In this document: piece after piece, positions 19,621-30,000 of the stretch
Layout of the letters: each line of letters opens with the position of its first letter
How positions within the stretch are numbered: the first letter of the stretch is position 1
Position numbers and translations under genes: made by a program
The notes under the pieces: generated by a model
What the model was told of the DNA's origin: nothing
Seen by the model: the letters and a program-made list of their open reading frames with translations, nothing else
Database searches by the model: none
Source: Candidatus Omnitrophota bacterium
Lineage (GTDB): Bacteria > Omnitrophota > Gorgyraeia > 2-02-FULL-51-18
Assembly (NCBI GenBank): GCA_023247915.1
Contig: JAHFFN010000003.1
Span: 4,081 to 68,080 of the forward strand
Direction: 5' to 3'
Length of the DNA stretch: 64,000 nt

Positions 19621-20649
19621 ATGGCAATTCGAGTCGGGATTAACGGGTTTGGACGTATCGGCCGCAACGTATTTCGCGCCGGCGTGAACAACAAAAATAT
19701 TGAATTTGTCGGCGTGAACGATTTGCCGATTCCTTTAGAATCGCATGCGTATCTTTTGAAATACGATTCGATTCTGGGCACTTTCCCGGGGGATATCCGC
19801 GTGGAAGGCGACAACTTGAATGTCAACGGCAAGGCTCTCAAGGTCATGAATTATAAAGACCCTGCGCAGATTCCTTGGGGTGACATGGGCGTCGACATCG
19901 TGATCGAATCGACTGGTGTTTTTACCGATAAAGAAAAAGCCGAAGTGCATATCACCAAAGGCGGCGCCAAGAAAGTCGTTATTTCCGCGCCTGCGAAAAA
20001 TGAAGACATCACCATCGTGCTCGGCGTGAATCAAGACAAATACGATCCCGCCAAGCATCACGTCATTTCCAATGCCTCTTGCACGACCAACTGCTTGGCG
20101 CCTGTCGCCAAAGTGCTGGTGGATCGTTTCGGAATTAAAAGAGGATTGATGACAACCATCCATTCTTATACCAATGATCAGCGCTTGATGGATCTTGGCC
20201 ATAAAGATCTTCGTCGCTCACGCGCCGCGGCTCTTTCCATGATCCCAACTTCAACCGGCGCCGCCAAGGCGATCGGTTTGGTCGTTCCCGAGCTTAAAGG
20301 GAAGATGGACGGCGTGGCGATTCGCGTCCCGACCCCGAATGTGTCTTTAGTGGATCTGACTTGCGAACTCGAAAAAGATACCACCAAGGAAGAAATCAAC
20401 GCCGCGTTCAAAGAATATGCTCAAGGCAAGATGAAGGGCATTTTAGAGTTTTGCGCGGCTCCTTTGGTTTCCAAGGATTTCGCCAATAATCCCGCGTCCT
20501 CGATTGTGGATGCCGAGCTGACCAACGTGATTGATAAGCGTTTCATGAAGGTGTTCAGCTGGTATGACAACGAATGGGGTTATTCCAATCGCGTGGTGGA
20601 TCTTTGCGCATTTATCGGCAAAACATTGCCGGTGATGGCATCCCGCTAA
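19621..20649 (+). CDS. gap: glyceraldehyde-3-phosphate dehydrogenase
   Basis: [12 protein letters not shown] and the active site [12 protein letters not shown]. Confidence 0.95.
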   Translation: MAIRVGINGFGRIGRNVFRAGVNNKNIEFVGVNDLPIPLESHAYLLKYDSILGTFPGDIRVEGDNLNVNGKALKVMNYKDPAQIPWGDMGVDIVIESTGVFTDKEKAEVHITKGGAKKVVISAPAKNEDITIVLGVNQDKYDPAKHHVISNASCTTNCLAPVAKVLVDRFGIKRGLMTTIHSYTNDQRLMDLGHKDLRRSRAAALSMIPTSTGAAKAIGLVVPELKGKMDGVAIRVPTPNVSLVDLTCELEKDTTKEEINAAFKEYAQGKMKGILEFCAAPLVSKDFANNPASSIVDAELTNVIDKRFMKVFSWYDNEWGYSNRVVDLCAFIGKTLPVMASR

Positions 20650-20673
20650 TCAGCGTTAAGACACTCACAAGCG

Positions 20674-21858
20674 ATGAAGAAGACGATTCGCGATTTTGAT
20701 TTAAAAGGCAAGCGGGTTTTGATTCGTGTGGACTTCAATGTTCCGCTGGATAAAAATCTGAATGTCACCGATGACAATCGTATTCGCGCTTCTTTGCCAA
20801 CCATTGAATACGCCTTGTCTCAGGGAGCCAAAGTGATTTTAATGAGTCACTTGGGTCGCCCCGAGGGCAAGCCCGTTTCTTCCATGAGCTTGAGTCCCGC
20901 CACCAAGCGCCTTTCAGAACTTCTCAAAAAAGAAGTGATTCAGTGTTCGGACTGTGTGGGATCGCGTGTCAGCGAGGAATTATCGCATCTGAACGGAGTT
21001 TGTCAGGTTGCGCTTTTAGAAAATCTACGTTTTCACGCGGCCGAAGAAAAAAATGACGCCGCTTTCGCCAAAGAACTCGCGCAAAACGGGGACATTTACA
21101 TCAATGACGCGTTTGGCTCCAGTCACCGGGCGCATGCTTCGATTGATGGCGTGACCAAATACCTTCCTTCCGGAGCTGGATTTCTTTTGGAAAAGGAGAT
21201 TCAGTATCTAGGCGTTGCCATGGAAAAGCCCAAGAAGCCTTTTGTGGCGATTCTCGGCGGATCCAAGGTATCCGACAAAATTGGGATGGTGGAAAATTTA
21301 ATCGCAAAGGTCGACAAGTTTTTGATCGGCGGCGCGATGGCCTATACTTTTTTGAAAGCTCAAGGCATTGAGATCGGCTCTTCCAAGTATGAAAAAGACA
21401 AATTGGATTTGGCGAAGTCGATTCTCGAAAAAGCCAAACAGCACAAGGTTGAGATTATTTTGCCGGTGGATCATATTGTTGTGCAAAAGGTCGATGAAAA
21501 TGCCGCCTCGAAAGCGGAAGGTCCCGGCATCTCCGCCGGATGGCTGGGTGTGGATATCGGCCCGAAAACCATCGAACTTTTTACCAAAACATTGGATTCC
21601 GCGAAGACCGTGATTTGGAATGGTCCGATGGGTATTTTTGAAATGCAGTCTTTTGCCAAGGGCTCGTACGAAGTCACTAAAAAACTTTCACAACTCAAAG
21701 ACGCGACCACCGTGATTGGCGGGGGAGATACCGCGGCTTGCGTTATTGGCTTTGGCTTGGCCGATAAAATGACGCATATTTCAACCGGCGGCGGAGCTTC
21801 TCTCGAATACTTGGAAGGCAAAGTGCTTCCAGGCATCGCCGCGCTTCAGGATAAATAA
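20674..21858 (+). CDS. pgk: phosphoglycerate kinase
   Basis: RVDFNVP and the C-terminal STGGGASLEYLEGK. Confidence 0.95.
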   Translation: MKKTIRDFDLKGKRVLIRVDFNVPLDKNLNVTDDNRIRASLPTIEYALSQGAKVILMSHLGRPEGKPVSSMSLSPATKRLSELLKKEVIQCSDCVGSRVSEELSHLNGVCQVALLENLRFHAAEEKNDAAFAKELAQNGDIYINDAFGSSHRAHASIDGVTKYLPSGAGFLLEKEIQYLGVAMEKPKKPFVAILGGSKVSDKIGMVENLIAKVDKFLIGGAMAYTFLKAQGIEIGSSKYEKDKLDLAKSILEKAKQHKVEIILPVDHIVVQKVDENAASKAEGPGISAGWLGVDIGPKTIELFTKTLDSAKTVIWNGPMGIFEMQSFAKGSYEVTKKLSQLKDATTVIGGGDTAACVIGFGLADKMTHISTGGGASLEYLEGKVLPGIAALQDK

Positions 21859-22641
21859 ATGGAATTTATGAATCGCAAACCGATTATCGCAGGAAATTGG
21901 AAGCTCAATAAGACGATCAAAGAGGCGATAGAGCTTGTCACGCTTTTAAAGCGCTTGATTCAAGACACGCAGAGTGTGGATGTGGTGGTTTGCCCCGTTT
22001 ACACCGCTTTGAGCGATGTTTCCGAGGTTTTGATTGAGTCTGAGATTAAGCTGGGCGCTCAGGATTTGTATTGGGAAGAGAAGGGCGCTTTTACCGGAGA
22101 AGTTTCCGGCAGTCTTTTGAAAGACGCCGGAGCCAGCTACGTAATCATCGGTCACTCGGAGCGCCGCCAATTTTTTCATGAAACGCATGAGACGGTAAAT
22201 AAAAAAACCAAAGCGGCTTTGAAGGCTGGCTTGATTCCCATTGTTTGTGTGGGAGAGCTTTTGAAAGAACGCGAAGCGGGACAAACTTTTGAAGTCATCC
22301 AACGCCAACTCGAAGGTGCTTTTGTTAATTTTTCTAAAGAAGAAATTCAAGCGCTGGTGTTGGCCTATGAGCCGGTGTGGGCGATCGGAACCGGAAAAGT
22401 CGCCACTCCTCAGCAGGCTCAAGAAGTGCACGCGTTTATTCGGAAGGAAATTGCCAAGATGTTTGGCGCTGAAACAGCCACTTCTTTGCGGATTCAGTAC
22501 GGCGGCAGTGTGAAGGCGGATAATATTGCGGATTTAATGCGAGAAGCGGATATTGACGGCGCTTTGGTCGGCGGCGCGAGTCTGGACGCCAATGGTTTTG
22601 CGGATATCGTTCGAAACGCCGTCAGCGTGACGGTCAAATAG
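21859..22641 (+). CDS. tpiA: triose-phosphate isomerase
   Basis: AGNWKLN, IIGHSERR, AYEPVWAIGTG. Confidence 0.95.
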   Translation: MEFMNRKPIIAGNWKLNKTIKEAIELVTLLKRLIQDTQSVDVVVCPVYTALSDVSEVLIESEIKLGAQDLYWEEKGAFTGEVSGSLLKDAGASYVIIGHSERRQFFHETHETVNKKTKAALKAGLIPIVCVGELLKEREAGQTFEVIQRQLEGAFVNFSKEEIQALVLAYEPVWAIGTGKVATPQQAQEVHAFIRKEIAKMFGAETATSLRIQYGGSVKADNIADLMREADIDGALVGGASLDANGFADIVRNAVSVTVK

Positions 22642-22657
22642 AGATTAGGGGAGCCTT

Positions 22658-23059
22658 ATGTATATTTTATTGATTGCGATTCATGTGGTTGTTTGTTTGG
22701 TGCTGATTGCGGTGGTGCTTCTTCAGGCAGGCCGCGGAGGCGGAGTTTCGGACATGGTCGGTGGCGGACAGCCCCAGAGTATTTTTGGAACCCAGACCAA
22801 CACCTTTATGGTGCGCGCAACGGAAGTTTGCGCGGTGATTTTTATTGTGACGTCTCTGTCGCTTGGCATTATGTCGACGCATCGCGGAAAATCGTTGATG
22901 GAAGGCCGTCGTTTGAAAATGCCTCCCGTGACGACGACCATTCCAGCGGCAAAAGAGGCCGCCAAGCCCGTTGTCGCGGAAACAGCACCTGTCGTTGCCA
23001 CGCCAGCTCCGGCGGCGCCTGAGGCCACAGCCCCTGTCTCCGAAGCAAAGACGAGCTAG
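22658..23059 (+). CDS. secG: preprotein translocase subunit SecG with a Pro/Ala/Thr-rich C-terminal extension
   Basis: The N-terminal two-TM SecG pattern is present (VVLLQAGRGGGVSDMVGGG). It follows tpiA as in many genomes. Confidence 0.75.
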   Translation: MYILLIAIHVVVCLVLIAVVLLQAGRGGGVSDMVGGGQPQSIFGTQTNTFMVRATEVCAVIFIVTSLSLGIMSTHRGKSLMEGRRLKMPPVTTTIPAAKEAAKPVVAETAPVVATPAPAAPEATAPVSEAKTS

Positions 23060-23083
23060 CATTTCCAGGCTTTTTTCTTTAAG

Positions 23084-23120
23084 CCCTATCACCCAAAAAG
23101 TGATAGGGTTTTCTTTTTTT
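23084..23120 (+). terminator. intrinsic terminator after secG
   Basis: A 9-bp stem (ccctatcac / gtgataggg) with a 7-nt loop and a T-rich tail (ttttcttttttt). Confidence 0.6.
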
Positions 23121-24674
23121 CTTTTCTGTGGCACTTTTCTTGGCCTTCCGCCGGTGACGTTTGCTTCCGACGCGTTTGTCACGTCTTCGATCGCCGAGCC
23201 CAGTAATCTTTTGCCTTTATTCGCTTCGGACAGCGCTTCCGCTGAGATTTCGCGTCTGATATTCAATGGTCTGGTCAAATACGATAAAAATTTAAAATTA
23301 ACCGGAGATTTGGCGGAGCGCTGGGAGATCAGCGCTGACAGTCTCAAAATTATTTTTTATTTGAAGCAAAATGTGCGGTGGCAGGACGGAAAGCCCTTTA
23401 CCGCCGAAGATGTACTCTTCACCTTTCAAAAAATGACAGATCCGTCCGTGCCGACGCCTTACGGAGCGGATTTTGAAAAAGTGGATTCGGTCAAAGCGCT
23501 CGATGCCTCTACGGTCGAAGTAATTTACAAAGAACCCTTTTCTCCAGGGCTGGCCAGTTGGGGGATGGGTATTCTACCAAAACATCTTTTGGAAAAAGAA
23601 AATTTACTCAGCACTTCTTTCGCAAGGCATCCGGTGGGGACGGGGCCTTATCGCTTAACGGTGTGGAAGGCGGGCGAGCGTTTGGAGTTGGAAGCAAATG
23701 TGGATTATTTTGAGGGAAGGCCGGGTCTTGATCGTTACGTGTATCGTATTATTCCCGATTCTTCGACCAGTTTTTTAGAGCTTCAAACCGAAGGTCTGGA
23801 TTTATCGGGACTCTCCGCGCTTCAATTTTCCCGTCAAACCGACAGCGTCTTTTTTAAAAAGCATTATCATAAATTTCGTTACCCGAGCCCTTCGTATGCG
23901 TATGTCGGCTACAACCTCACAAGCCCTCTTTTTTCTGATCGTCAGGTTCGTAAAGCGCTGGGAATGGCGATACAAAAAAATGAAATTGTTTCCGCGACTC
24001 TCTTAGGGTTTGGCCGCGTGGCGACCGGCCCGTTTCTTCCCGGAAGCTGGGCGTATGAGGACTCGGTGCCGCCATCGCCGTATGATCCGGAAAAATCAAA
24101 AGAACTTTTGGCGCAAGCCGGTTGGCGGGATTCCGACGGTGACGGGATCTTGGATAAGGAAGGGCGAGCGTTTTCTTTCACGCTATTGACCAATCAGGGA
24201 AATACCGAGCGACAAATGGCCTGCGAGATCATTCAGAAAAATTTAAAAGACATCGGAATCGAGGTAAAAATCCAAGTCGTGGAGTGGGGGACTTTTCTAA
24301 AAGAATTTATCGATAAAAAAAGATTCGACGCGGTTCTGCTGGCGTGGCAACTGCCGCGAGATCCTGACGTGTATGATATTTTTCATTCGACGCGGATAGA
24401 CGGCGGGTTTAATTTTATTTCCTACAAAAATTCGGAAGTAGACCGGCTTTTGGAAGATGGGCGAAGGGTTTTTCCGGAAGCGGAGCGGGCGGTGATTTAT
24501 CACAAGCTTCACCGGATCTTGAGCGAAGAAGAGCCATATACATTTTTGTATGTTCCGGAAGCGCTGGTGGCGGTGCATCAACGCTTTCAAGGCGTTGAAA
24601 TCGCGCCGTCGGGTCTTGGGCATAATTTTATTCGCTGGTCTGTCGACCCCGACAAAGAACGGTGGAAGGTTTAA
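23100..24674 (+). CDS. ABC transporter substrate-binding protein, family 5 (peptide/nickel type); start uncertain
   Basis: The mature part starts SDAFVTSSIAEPSNLLPLFAS. The only in-frame start just upstream of the signal peptide is the GTG at 23100. The alternative is the TTG at 22971, inside secG. Confidence 0.8.
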   Translation: MIGFSFFLFCGTFLGLPPVTFASDAFVTSSIAEPSNLLPLFASDSASAEISRLIFNGLVKYDKNLKLTGDLAERWEISADSLKIIFYLKQNVRWQDGKPFTAEDVLFTFQKMTDPSVPTPYGADFEKVDSVKALDASTVEVIYKEPFSPGLASWGMGILPKHLLEKENLLSTSFARHPVGTGPYRLTVWKAGERLELEANVDYFEGRPGLDRYVYRIIPDSSTSFLELQTEGLDLSGLSALQFSRQTDSVFFKKHYHKFRYPSPSYAYVGYNLTSPLFSDRQVRKALGMAIQKNEIVSATLLGFGRVATGPFLPGSWAYEDSVPPSPYDPEKSKELLAQAGWRDSDGDGILDKEGRAFSFTLLTNQGNTERQMACEIIQKNLKDIGIEVKIQVVEWGTFLKEFIDKKRFDAVLLAWQLPRDPDVYDIFHSTRIDGGFNFISYKNSEVDRLLEDGRRVFPEAERAVIYHKLHRILSEEEPYTFLYVPEALVAVHQRFQGVEIAPSGLGHNFIRWSVDPDKERWKV

Positions 24675-24675
24675 G

Positions 24676-25653
24676 ATGAGCGCTTATTTCTTTAAAAAAA
24701 TAGCCGGAGCGATTCCTTTGTTTTTGGGGATCACGTTGATTAGTTTTGCGGTGATTCATCTGGCGCCGGGCACGGCTGTGGATGCGCGGGCGGCTTTCAA
24801 CCCTAAAATGACCGAAGCTGCCAAAGGAAAGCTTAGAGAGATCTATGGTCTCGACAAACCGGTGGCGGTGCAATACGCGCATTGGCTCAAACGGAGTGTT
24901 CGTTTTGATTTTGGGCATTCTTTCGCGGACGGCCAGGAAGTGAGACAAAAAATCAGCCAGGCGGTTTGGGTAACGCTGGGTATCAACGCGCTTTCTCTTT
25001 TTTTGATTCTTTTTTTTGGAGTTTGGATCGGTATTCAAAGCGCGAGAAGACCGGGCGGTCGGATGGATCGTGGATTTACTTTTTTAACGCTCAGCGCTTA
25101 TTCCATGCCTTCCTTTTGGTTGGCGTTGGGGCTCATGTCTTTTTTTGGAGTGACGTTTAGGATTTTCCCGGTTTCCGGACTGCATTCGTTTTATTATGAC
25201 CGCCTCTCCTTAGTCGGAAAAATGATCGACACGACGCGTCACCTGATTTTGCCCGTGTCTGTTTCGGTGTTGATAGGACTTGCCGGAATCTCGCGCTTTG
25301 TGCGCGCCAGTGTGGGTGAGACGCTGAATCAAAATTATATTCGGACGGCACGAGCCAAGGGTCTCGATGAAAATACGATTTTGTATCGTCACGCGCTCAG
25401 AAACGCGTTGTTACCGCTGATCACCTTGCTCGGACTTTCTCTGCCGGGACTTTTGGGGGGAAGCGTGGTGATCGAAACGGTTTTTTCGATCCCGGGAATG
25501 GGGCGCTTGTTTTTCAACTCTGTTTTTACGCGTGACACGCCGGTGATCATGGGAATGCTTGTGATCGGCGCTGTTTTGACGCTCTTAGGAAATTTATTGG
25601 CGGATATCGCCTACGGATGGGCGGATCCACGCACCCGATCGAGTCTCCGATGA
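24676..25653 (+). CDS. ABC transporter permease (OppB/DppB-like)
   Basis: Six TM segments with an EAA-type loop (NYIRTARAKGLDENTILYRHALRNALLP). I place the start at the ATG at 24676, just after the SBP stop. Confidence 0.85.
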   Translation: MSAYFFKKIAGAIPLFLGITLISFAVIHLAPGTAVDARAAFNPKMTEAAKGKLREIYGLDKPVAVQYAHWLKRSVRFDFGHSFADGQEVRQKISQAVWVTLGINALSLFLILFFGVWIGIQSARRPGGRMDRGFTFLTLSAYSMPSFWLALGLMSFFGVTFRIFPVSGLHSFYYDRLSLVGKMIDTTRHLILPVSVSVLIGLAGISRFVRASVGETLNQNYIRTARAKGLDENTILYRHALRNALLPLITLLGLSLPGLLGGSVVIETVFSIPGMGRLFFNSVFTRDTPVIMGMLVIGAVLTLLGNLLADIAYGWADPRTRSSLR

Positions 25654-26426
25654 AACAACTCGCTAAAGCTTGGATTTTATTGATGCTCTGCGCCGCGATT
25701 TTAGCGCCCTTTTTCTTAGCGCACAAAGCGTCTGAGATGAATTTCTTAAACGCGTTGACCGCGCCTTCTTTGAAGCATTGGATGGGCACGGATTCTTTGG
25801 GGCGGGATCTTTTAAGCCGTGTGTTGTGGGGTGCCAGCGTGTCGCTCGGGGTCGGTTTTTTGGCAGTGGCGTGTTCGGTTATTTTGGGGGTGATGATTGG
25901 GTCGATCGCCGGATATGGCGGAAAATGGTGGGATCGGCTTTTGATGGGATTTTCCGATGTGATGCTGTGCTTTCCCGTGTTTTTTCTGATCTTGGCGGTG
26001 ATCGCGATGTTGGGGCCGGGAGTGTGGAAAGTGGCTTTGATTATCGGCGCGACGAGCTGGATGTCTACGGCACGTTTAATCCGGGCTGAAATTTTTAGTT
26101 TAAAGGAGCGGGAGTTTGTCCTGGCCGCGCGAGGGTTTGGAGCCGGCCGTTTTTGGATACTCCAGCGCCATCTGATCCCAAACGCCTTAAGCCCTGTTCT
26201 CGTCAATGCTGTTTTGAGCTTTTCAGCCGCGGTGTTAATGGAGAGCGGGCTTAGTTTTTTGGGGATCGGTGTTCAGCCGCCGACGCCGAGCTGGGGTAAT
26301 ATTTTGATGGATGGGAAGGCGACACTAGGCGTGGCCTGGTGGCTTTTATTTTTTCCGGGAATGATGATTTTTTTAACGGTTTTATCGATCAATACACTGG
26401 GCGAAAATGAATCTCATAGAAATTAA
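25650..26426 (+). CDS. ABC transporter permease (OppC/DppC-like)
   Basis: N-terminal HWMGTDSLGRDLLSRVLWG motif. There is an ATGA overlap with the preceding gene. Confidence 0.85.
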   Translation: MKQLAKAWILLMLCAAILAPFFLAHKASEMNFLNALTAPSLKHWMGTDSLGRDLLSRVLWGASVSLGVGFLAVACSVILGVMIGSIAGYGGKWWDRLLMGFSDVMLCFPVFFLILAVIAMLGPGVWKVALIIGATSWMSTARLIRAEIFSLKEREFVLAARGFGAGRFWILQRHLIPNALSPVLVNAVLSFSAAVLMESGLSFLGIGVQPPTPSWGNILMDGKATLGVAWWLLFFPGMMIFLTVLSINTLGENESHRN

Positions 26427-27180
26427 AAATTTAACCGTTATTTTTCCGGGCCAAAAGCCGGCGGTGAATGGATTTTCGATGGAGATCCAAGAAAAATCCT
26501 TTGTCTCGCTGGTCGGAGAATCCGGCTCCGGAAAAACCGTGACTGCGCTTTCCATTAGTCGCTTGGTGATGGGCGCAAAAACCACCGGGGACATTGTTTA
26601 TCGCCCCAACACCGCGGCATCACTCTCTCTTTTAACGCTGTCAGAAGCGGATCTTTTGAAAATCCGCGGTGTTCGGATTTCGTATGTGTTCCAGGATCCA
26701 GGCTCTTCTTTAAATCCGGTATTAAAAGTTGGAAAACAAATTATCGAGTCCTTTTTGGCGCATGAAAAAGGAAATGCTAACGAAGCGCGTTCTAAAGCGC
26801 TTCAGATCATGCGCCGGGTGGGCATTGAAGACGCGGAGCGTGTTTATAAAAGTTTTCCGCATGAGTTATCTGGAGGACTGCGTCAGCGCGCGATGATTGC
26901 CTCAGCACTCATGATAGATCCCGAGCTTTTGATCGCCGATGAGCCCACCACGGCGCTTGACGCCGTCACACAGAGAGGAATTTTGAAGCTTTTGGTGGAA
27001 TTACAAAAAGAACAGGGACTGACGGTACTTTTTATTACCCACGATTTATCATTGGCTCAAAAAAACTCGGATCAAATCTATGTGATGGAAAAGGGCGCGC
27101 GAGCCACGGAGTCTTACGCGAAGAAACTATTTAACGCGCAACTTGAAAATGCCGTGCCAAAAAGCTTCATCGAGGTCTAG
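26407..27180 (+). CDS. ABC transporter ATP-binding protein (OppD-like)
   Basis: Walker A GESGSGKT, signature LSGGLRQR, Walker B LIADEPTTALD. Confidence 0.85.
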   Translation: MNLIEIKNLTVIFPGQKPAVNGFSMEIQEKSFVSLVGESGSGKTVTALSISRLVMGAKTTGDIVYRPNTAASLSLLTLSEADLLKIRGVRISYVFQDPGSSLNPVLKVGKQIIESFLAHEKGNANEARSKALQIMRRVGIEDAERVYKSFPHELSGGLRQRAMIASALMIDPELLIADEPTTALDAVTQRGILKLLVELQKEQGLTVLFITHDLSLAQKNSDQIYVMEKGARATESYAKKLFNAQLENAVPKSFIEV

Positions 27181-27183
27181 CGT

Positions 27184-27876
27184 ATGCCGATACTTGAAGT
27201 TAAAAATTTATCCAAACGTTTTGCGGAGCATGATGTCACCGCGCTGGACAACGTCTCGTTTCAAGTCAATGAGGGGGAGACGCTGGGGATTTTGGGGGAG
27301 TCGGGTTCGGGCAAATCGACACTCGCTAAAATTTTAATGGGCTTTTTAAATCCTGATCGCGGCGATATTTATTTTTCCGGAAAAAATAAACAGATTATTT
27401 TTCAAGACCCGCTTTTGTCATTAGACCCTAAGATGCGCGTGGAAGCTATCCTAAAAGAACCGTTTCAAATCAAAAAAATAAGCGATAAGCATTTTCTAGG
27501 AAAAAAAATACGTGAATTGTTGAGTCTTGTGGAATTGCCCGAGGCTTTTCTGACGCGTTACCCGGCGGAGCTTTCCGGCGGGGAATGCCAGCGGGTGGCA
27601 ATTGCCCGCGCGCTGAGTCAGGATCCCGATCTTTTGATCTGTGATGAGCCGGTGTCTGCCTTGGATCTTTTGACGCAGGCGCAGATTTTGAATTTATTTC
27701 TGAAGCTTCAAAAAAACCGGCGCTTAAGCCTTATTTTTATTTCACACGACCTCAAAGTTATCCACCACATGAGCGACCAGGTGCTTATCTTGAAGTCGGG
27801 GCGGGTCTGTGAACGGGATGACCCCTATGCCCAGGAACTCCTTGCAAACAAATTAAGCCCGTCTTATAATAATTAG
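27184..27876 (+). CDS. ABC transporter ATP-binding protein (OppF-like)
   Basis: Walker A GESGSGKST, signature LSGGECQR, Walker B LICDEPVSALD. Confidence 0.85.
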   Translation: MPILEVKNLSKRFAEHDVTALDNVSFQVNEGETLGILGESGSGKSTLAKILMGFLNPDRGDIYFSGKNKQIIFQDPLLSLDPKMRVEAILKEPFQIKKISDKHFLGKKIRELLSLVELPEAFLTRYPAELSGGECQRVAIARALSQDPDLLICDEPVSALDLLTQAQILNLFLKLQKNRRLSLIFISHDLKVIHHMSDQVLILKSGRVCERDDPYAQELLANKLSPSYNN

Positions 27877-27933
27877 CTTCTGGGTATAAATTTAGACACA
27901 ACTCACATTAATTCAAAGACTTAAGTCTAATCT

Positions 27934-29154
27934 ATGAAAAAACTTCTCACATTTGTGATGGCCGGCGGTAAGGGAGAGCGTCTTTCTCCGCTCACCAAGG
28001 ATCGAGCCAAGCCCGCGGTGCCTTTTGGCGGCATTTATCGCATCATCGATTTTACGCTGTCCAATTGCATCAATTCCAATATTCGCCGTATCCACATTCT
28101 CGTGCAATACAAATCCATGTCTCTGGCACGGCATATTCGCATGGGATGGAATATTTTGAATGCCGAAGTCGGCGAATACATCGACGTGCTTCCCGCGCAA
28201 CAGCGCATTGACGAGCATTGGTATCAAGGAACCGCCGACGCGATTTATCAAAATCTTTACTCCATTCACATCGAAAATCCAGATCAGGTGCTAATTTTAG
28301 CGGGAGATCACGTTTATAAAATGGATTATAAGTTGATGTTGGACGCGCATCGGGCTTCCGGCGCGAATCTGACCATCGGCGTGGTGCGGGCTCCCAAGGA
28401 CGAGGCGAGCGGGCTCGGCGTCATTGAAACGGACGCCAATCAAAATGTTGTCGGTTTTGCCGAAAAGCCTCAGCATCCCAAGACAATCCCGGGCGACGAA
28501 GAACATATCTATGGATCGATGGGCATTTATATTTTTGACGCCAAAGTCTTGGAAGAAGAGCTTGAGGAAGATGCCAAAAAAAATACCTCGCATGATTTTG
28601 GCAAAGACATTATTCCGCAGATGATCGCCAAATCGTCGCGAAAAATTCTGGCTTACAATTTTGTGGAAGCCAACAACAAAGACGTGTATTGGCGCGATGT
28701 GGGTACCTTGGACGCCTATTATGAGTCTTGCATGGACTTGGTGCAGATTTCTCCGCAATTTAATTTGTATGACCGGGAATGGCCGATTCGTACCTATCAG
28801 CTTCAGTATCCGCCGGCGAAGTTTGTATTCGCGCAGAAATTCGGCGGTCGTCGCGGCGCGGCGTTGGATTCGCTGGTGTCGGACGGATGTATTATTTCGG
28901 GAGGCACGGTTCAGCGTTCGATTCTTTCACCCAATGTGCGCGTGAATAGCTACGCGGAAGTGGAAGATTCTCTTTTGCTTGAAGGGGTGGATGTTGGGCG
29001 CTACGCGAAAGTGAAGAACGCCATTATTGATAAGCATGTCAAAATCATGCCCAATGCGCAGATCGGCTACGATTTAGAAAAAGATAAAAAACGTTTTACG
29101 GTGACGCCCAAAGGAATCGTGGTGGTCGAAAAAGGCGCGGTCGTCGAACCTTAA
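27934..29154 (+). CDS. glgC: glucose-1-phosphate adenylyltransferase
   Basis: N-terminus reads [41 protein letters not shown]. Confidence 0.9.
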   Translation: MKKLLTFVMAGGKGERLSPLTKDRAKPAVPFGGIYRIIDFTLSNCINSNIRRIHILVQYKSMSLARHIRMGWNILNAEVGEYIDVLPAQQRIDEHWYQGTADAIYQNLYSIHIENPDQVLILAGDHVYKMDYKLMLDAHRASGANLTIGVVRAPKDEASGLGVIETDANQNVVGFAEKPQHPKTIPGDEEHIYGSMGIYIFDAKVLEEELEEDAKKNTSHDFGKDIIPQMIAKSSRKILAYNFVEANNKDVYWRDVGTLDAYYESCMDLVQISPQFNLYDREWPIRTYQLQYPPAKFVFAQKFGGRRGAALDSLVSDGCIISGGTVQRSILSPNVRVNSYAEVEDSLLLEGVDVGRYAKVKNAIIDKHVKIMPNAQIGYDLEKDKKRFTVTPKGIVVVEKGAVVEP

Positions 29155-29963
29155 TGGATGTCATTGCGAGGAACGAAGTGACGAAGCAATCTGTTTTAAA
29201 AATTGGCAACTTTGAATTAAAATCCCGGCTCATTGTCGGCACTGGCAAATACGCCAACTTCCAAGAAATGGAAAAAGCGCTGGAAGCTTCCGGCGCAGAG
29301 ATGGTGACTGTCGCGGTGCGCCGCGTGAATCTGGATCGCAGCAAAGAGTCGATGCTGGATTTTATTGATTCCAAAAAATACATTCTCTTGCCCAATACGG
29401 CAGGCTGCTACACCAAAGAAGACGCGGTGCGGGTGGCCAGGCTTGGGCGAGCCGCGGGACTTTCCAATCTCGTGAAGCTGGAGGTGATCGGCGACGAAAG
29501 AACCTTGATGCCGGATAATGAAGCGCTTTTGGCGGCGACCAAGGAGCTAGTCAAAGAAGGATTTGTCGTGATGCCTTACATGAGTGACGACCCGATCATG
29601 GCTAAAAAACTGGAAGACGCGGGTGCCGCGTGTGTGATGCCGCTGGCCGCGCCGATTGGGTCAGGGCAGGGCATTTTGAACCGTCTCAACATCCAATTTA
29701 TTATTGAAAAAGTGAAAATTCCTGTTATTGTGGACGCCGGCGTGGGGACTGCTTCAGACGCGGCGATCGCGATGGAGCTCGGAGCCGACGGAGTGTTGAT
29801 GAATACGGCGATCGCGGCTTCCAAAGACCCGGTCAAGATGGCGGAAGCAATGAAGCTCGCGGTGCGTTCCGGACGGCTGGCGTATGAAGCCGGACGCATG
29901 GAGAAAAAAGCGCACGCCAATGCCTCGAGTCCTATAGCAGGAATGATCCCGGCGATTGAATAA
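29154..29963 (+). CDS. thiG: thiazole synthase
   Basis: [19 protein letters not shown] and the aldolase-type barrel motif. There is a TAATG overlap with glgC. Confidence 0.9.
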   Translation: MDVIARNEVTKQSVLKIGNFELKSRLIVGTGKYANFQEMEKALEASGAEMVTVAVRRVNLDRSKESMLDFIDSKKYILLPNTAGCYTKEDAVRVARLGRAAGLSNLVKLEVIGDERTLMPDNEALLAATKELVKEGFVVMPYMSDDPIMAKKLEDAGAACVMPLAAPIGSGQGILNRLNIQFIIEKVKIPVIVDAGVGTASDAAIAMELGADGVLMNTAIAASKDPVKMAEAMKLAVRSGRLAYEAGRMEKKAHANASSPIAGMIPAIE

Positions 29964-30000
29964 CAAACAAAACTTTTAGAGAAAGAGAAATTAAATTCCC

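Noticed and set aside
22667-23347. 226-aa minus-strand ORF, plus several plus-frame ORFs overlapping secG and the start of the ABC binding protein
   Set aside because: They overlap well-supported genes and have Arg-rich, nonsense-like sequences. The same reasoning applies to 25547..26206 on the minus strand, opposite the permease genes.
27917-27928. Perfect 12-nt palindrome AGACTTAAGTCT just upstream of glgC
   Set aside because: It is a single short palindrome in AT-rich DNA with no second copy or partner motif in the window. That is not enough to call an operator.
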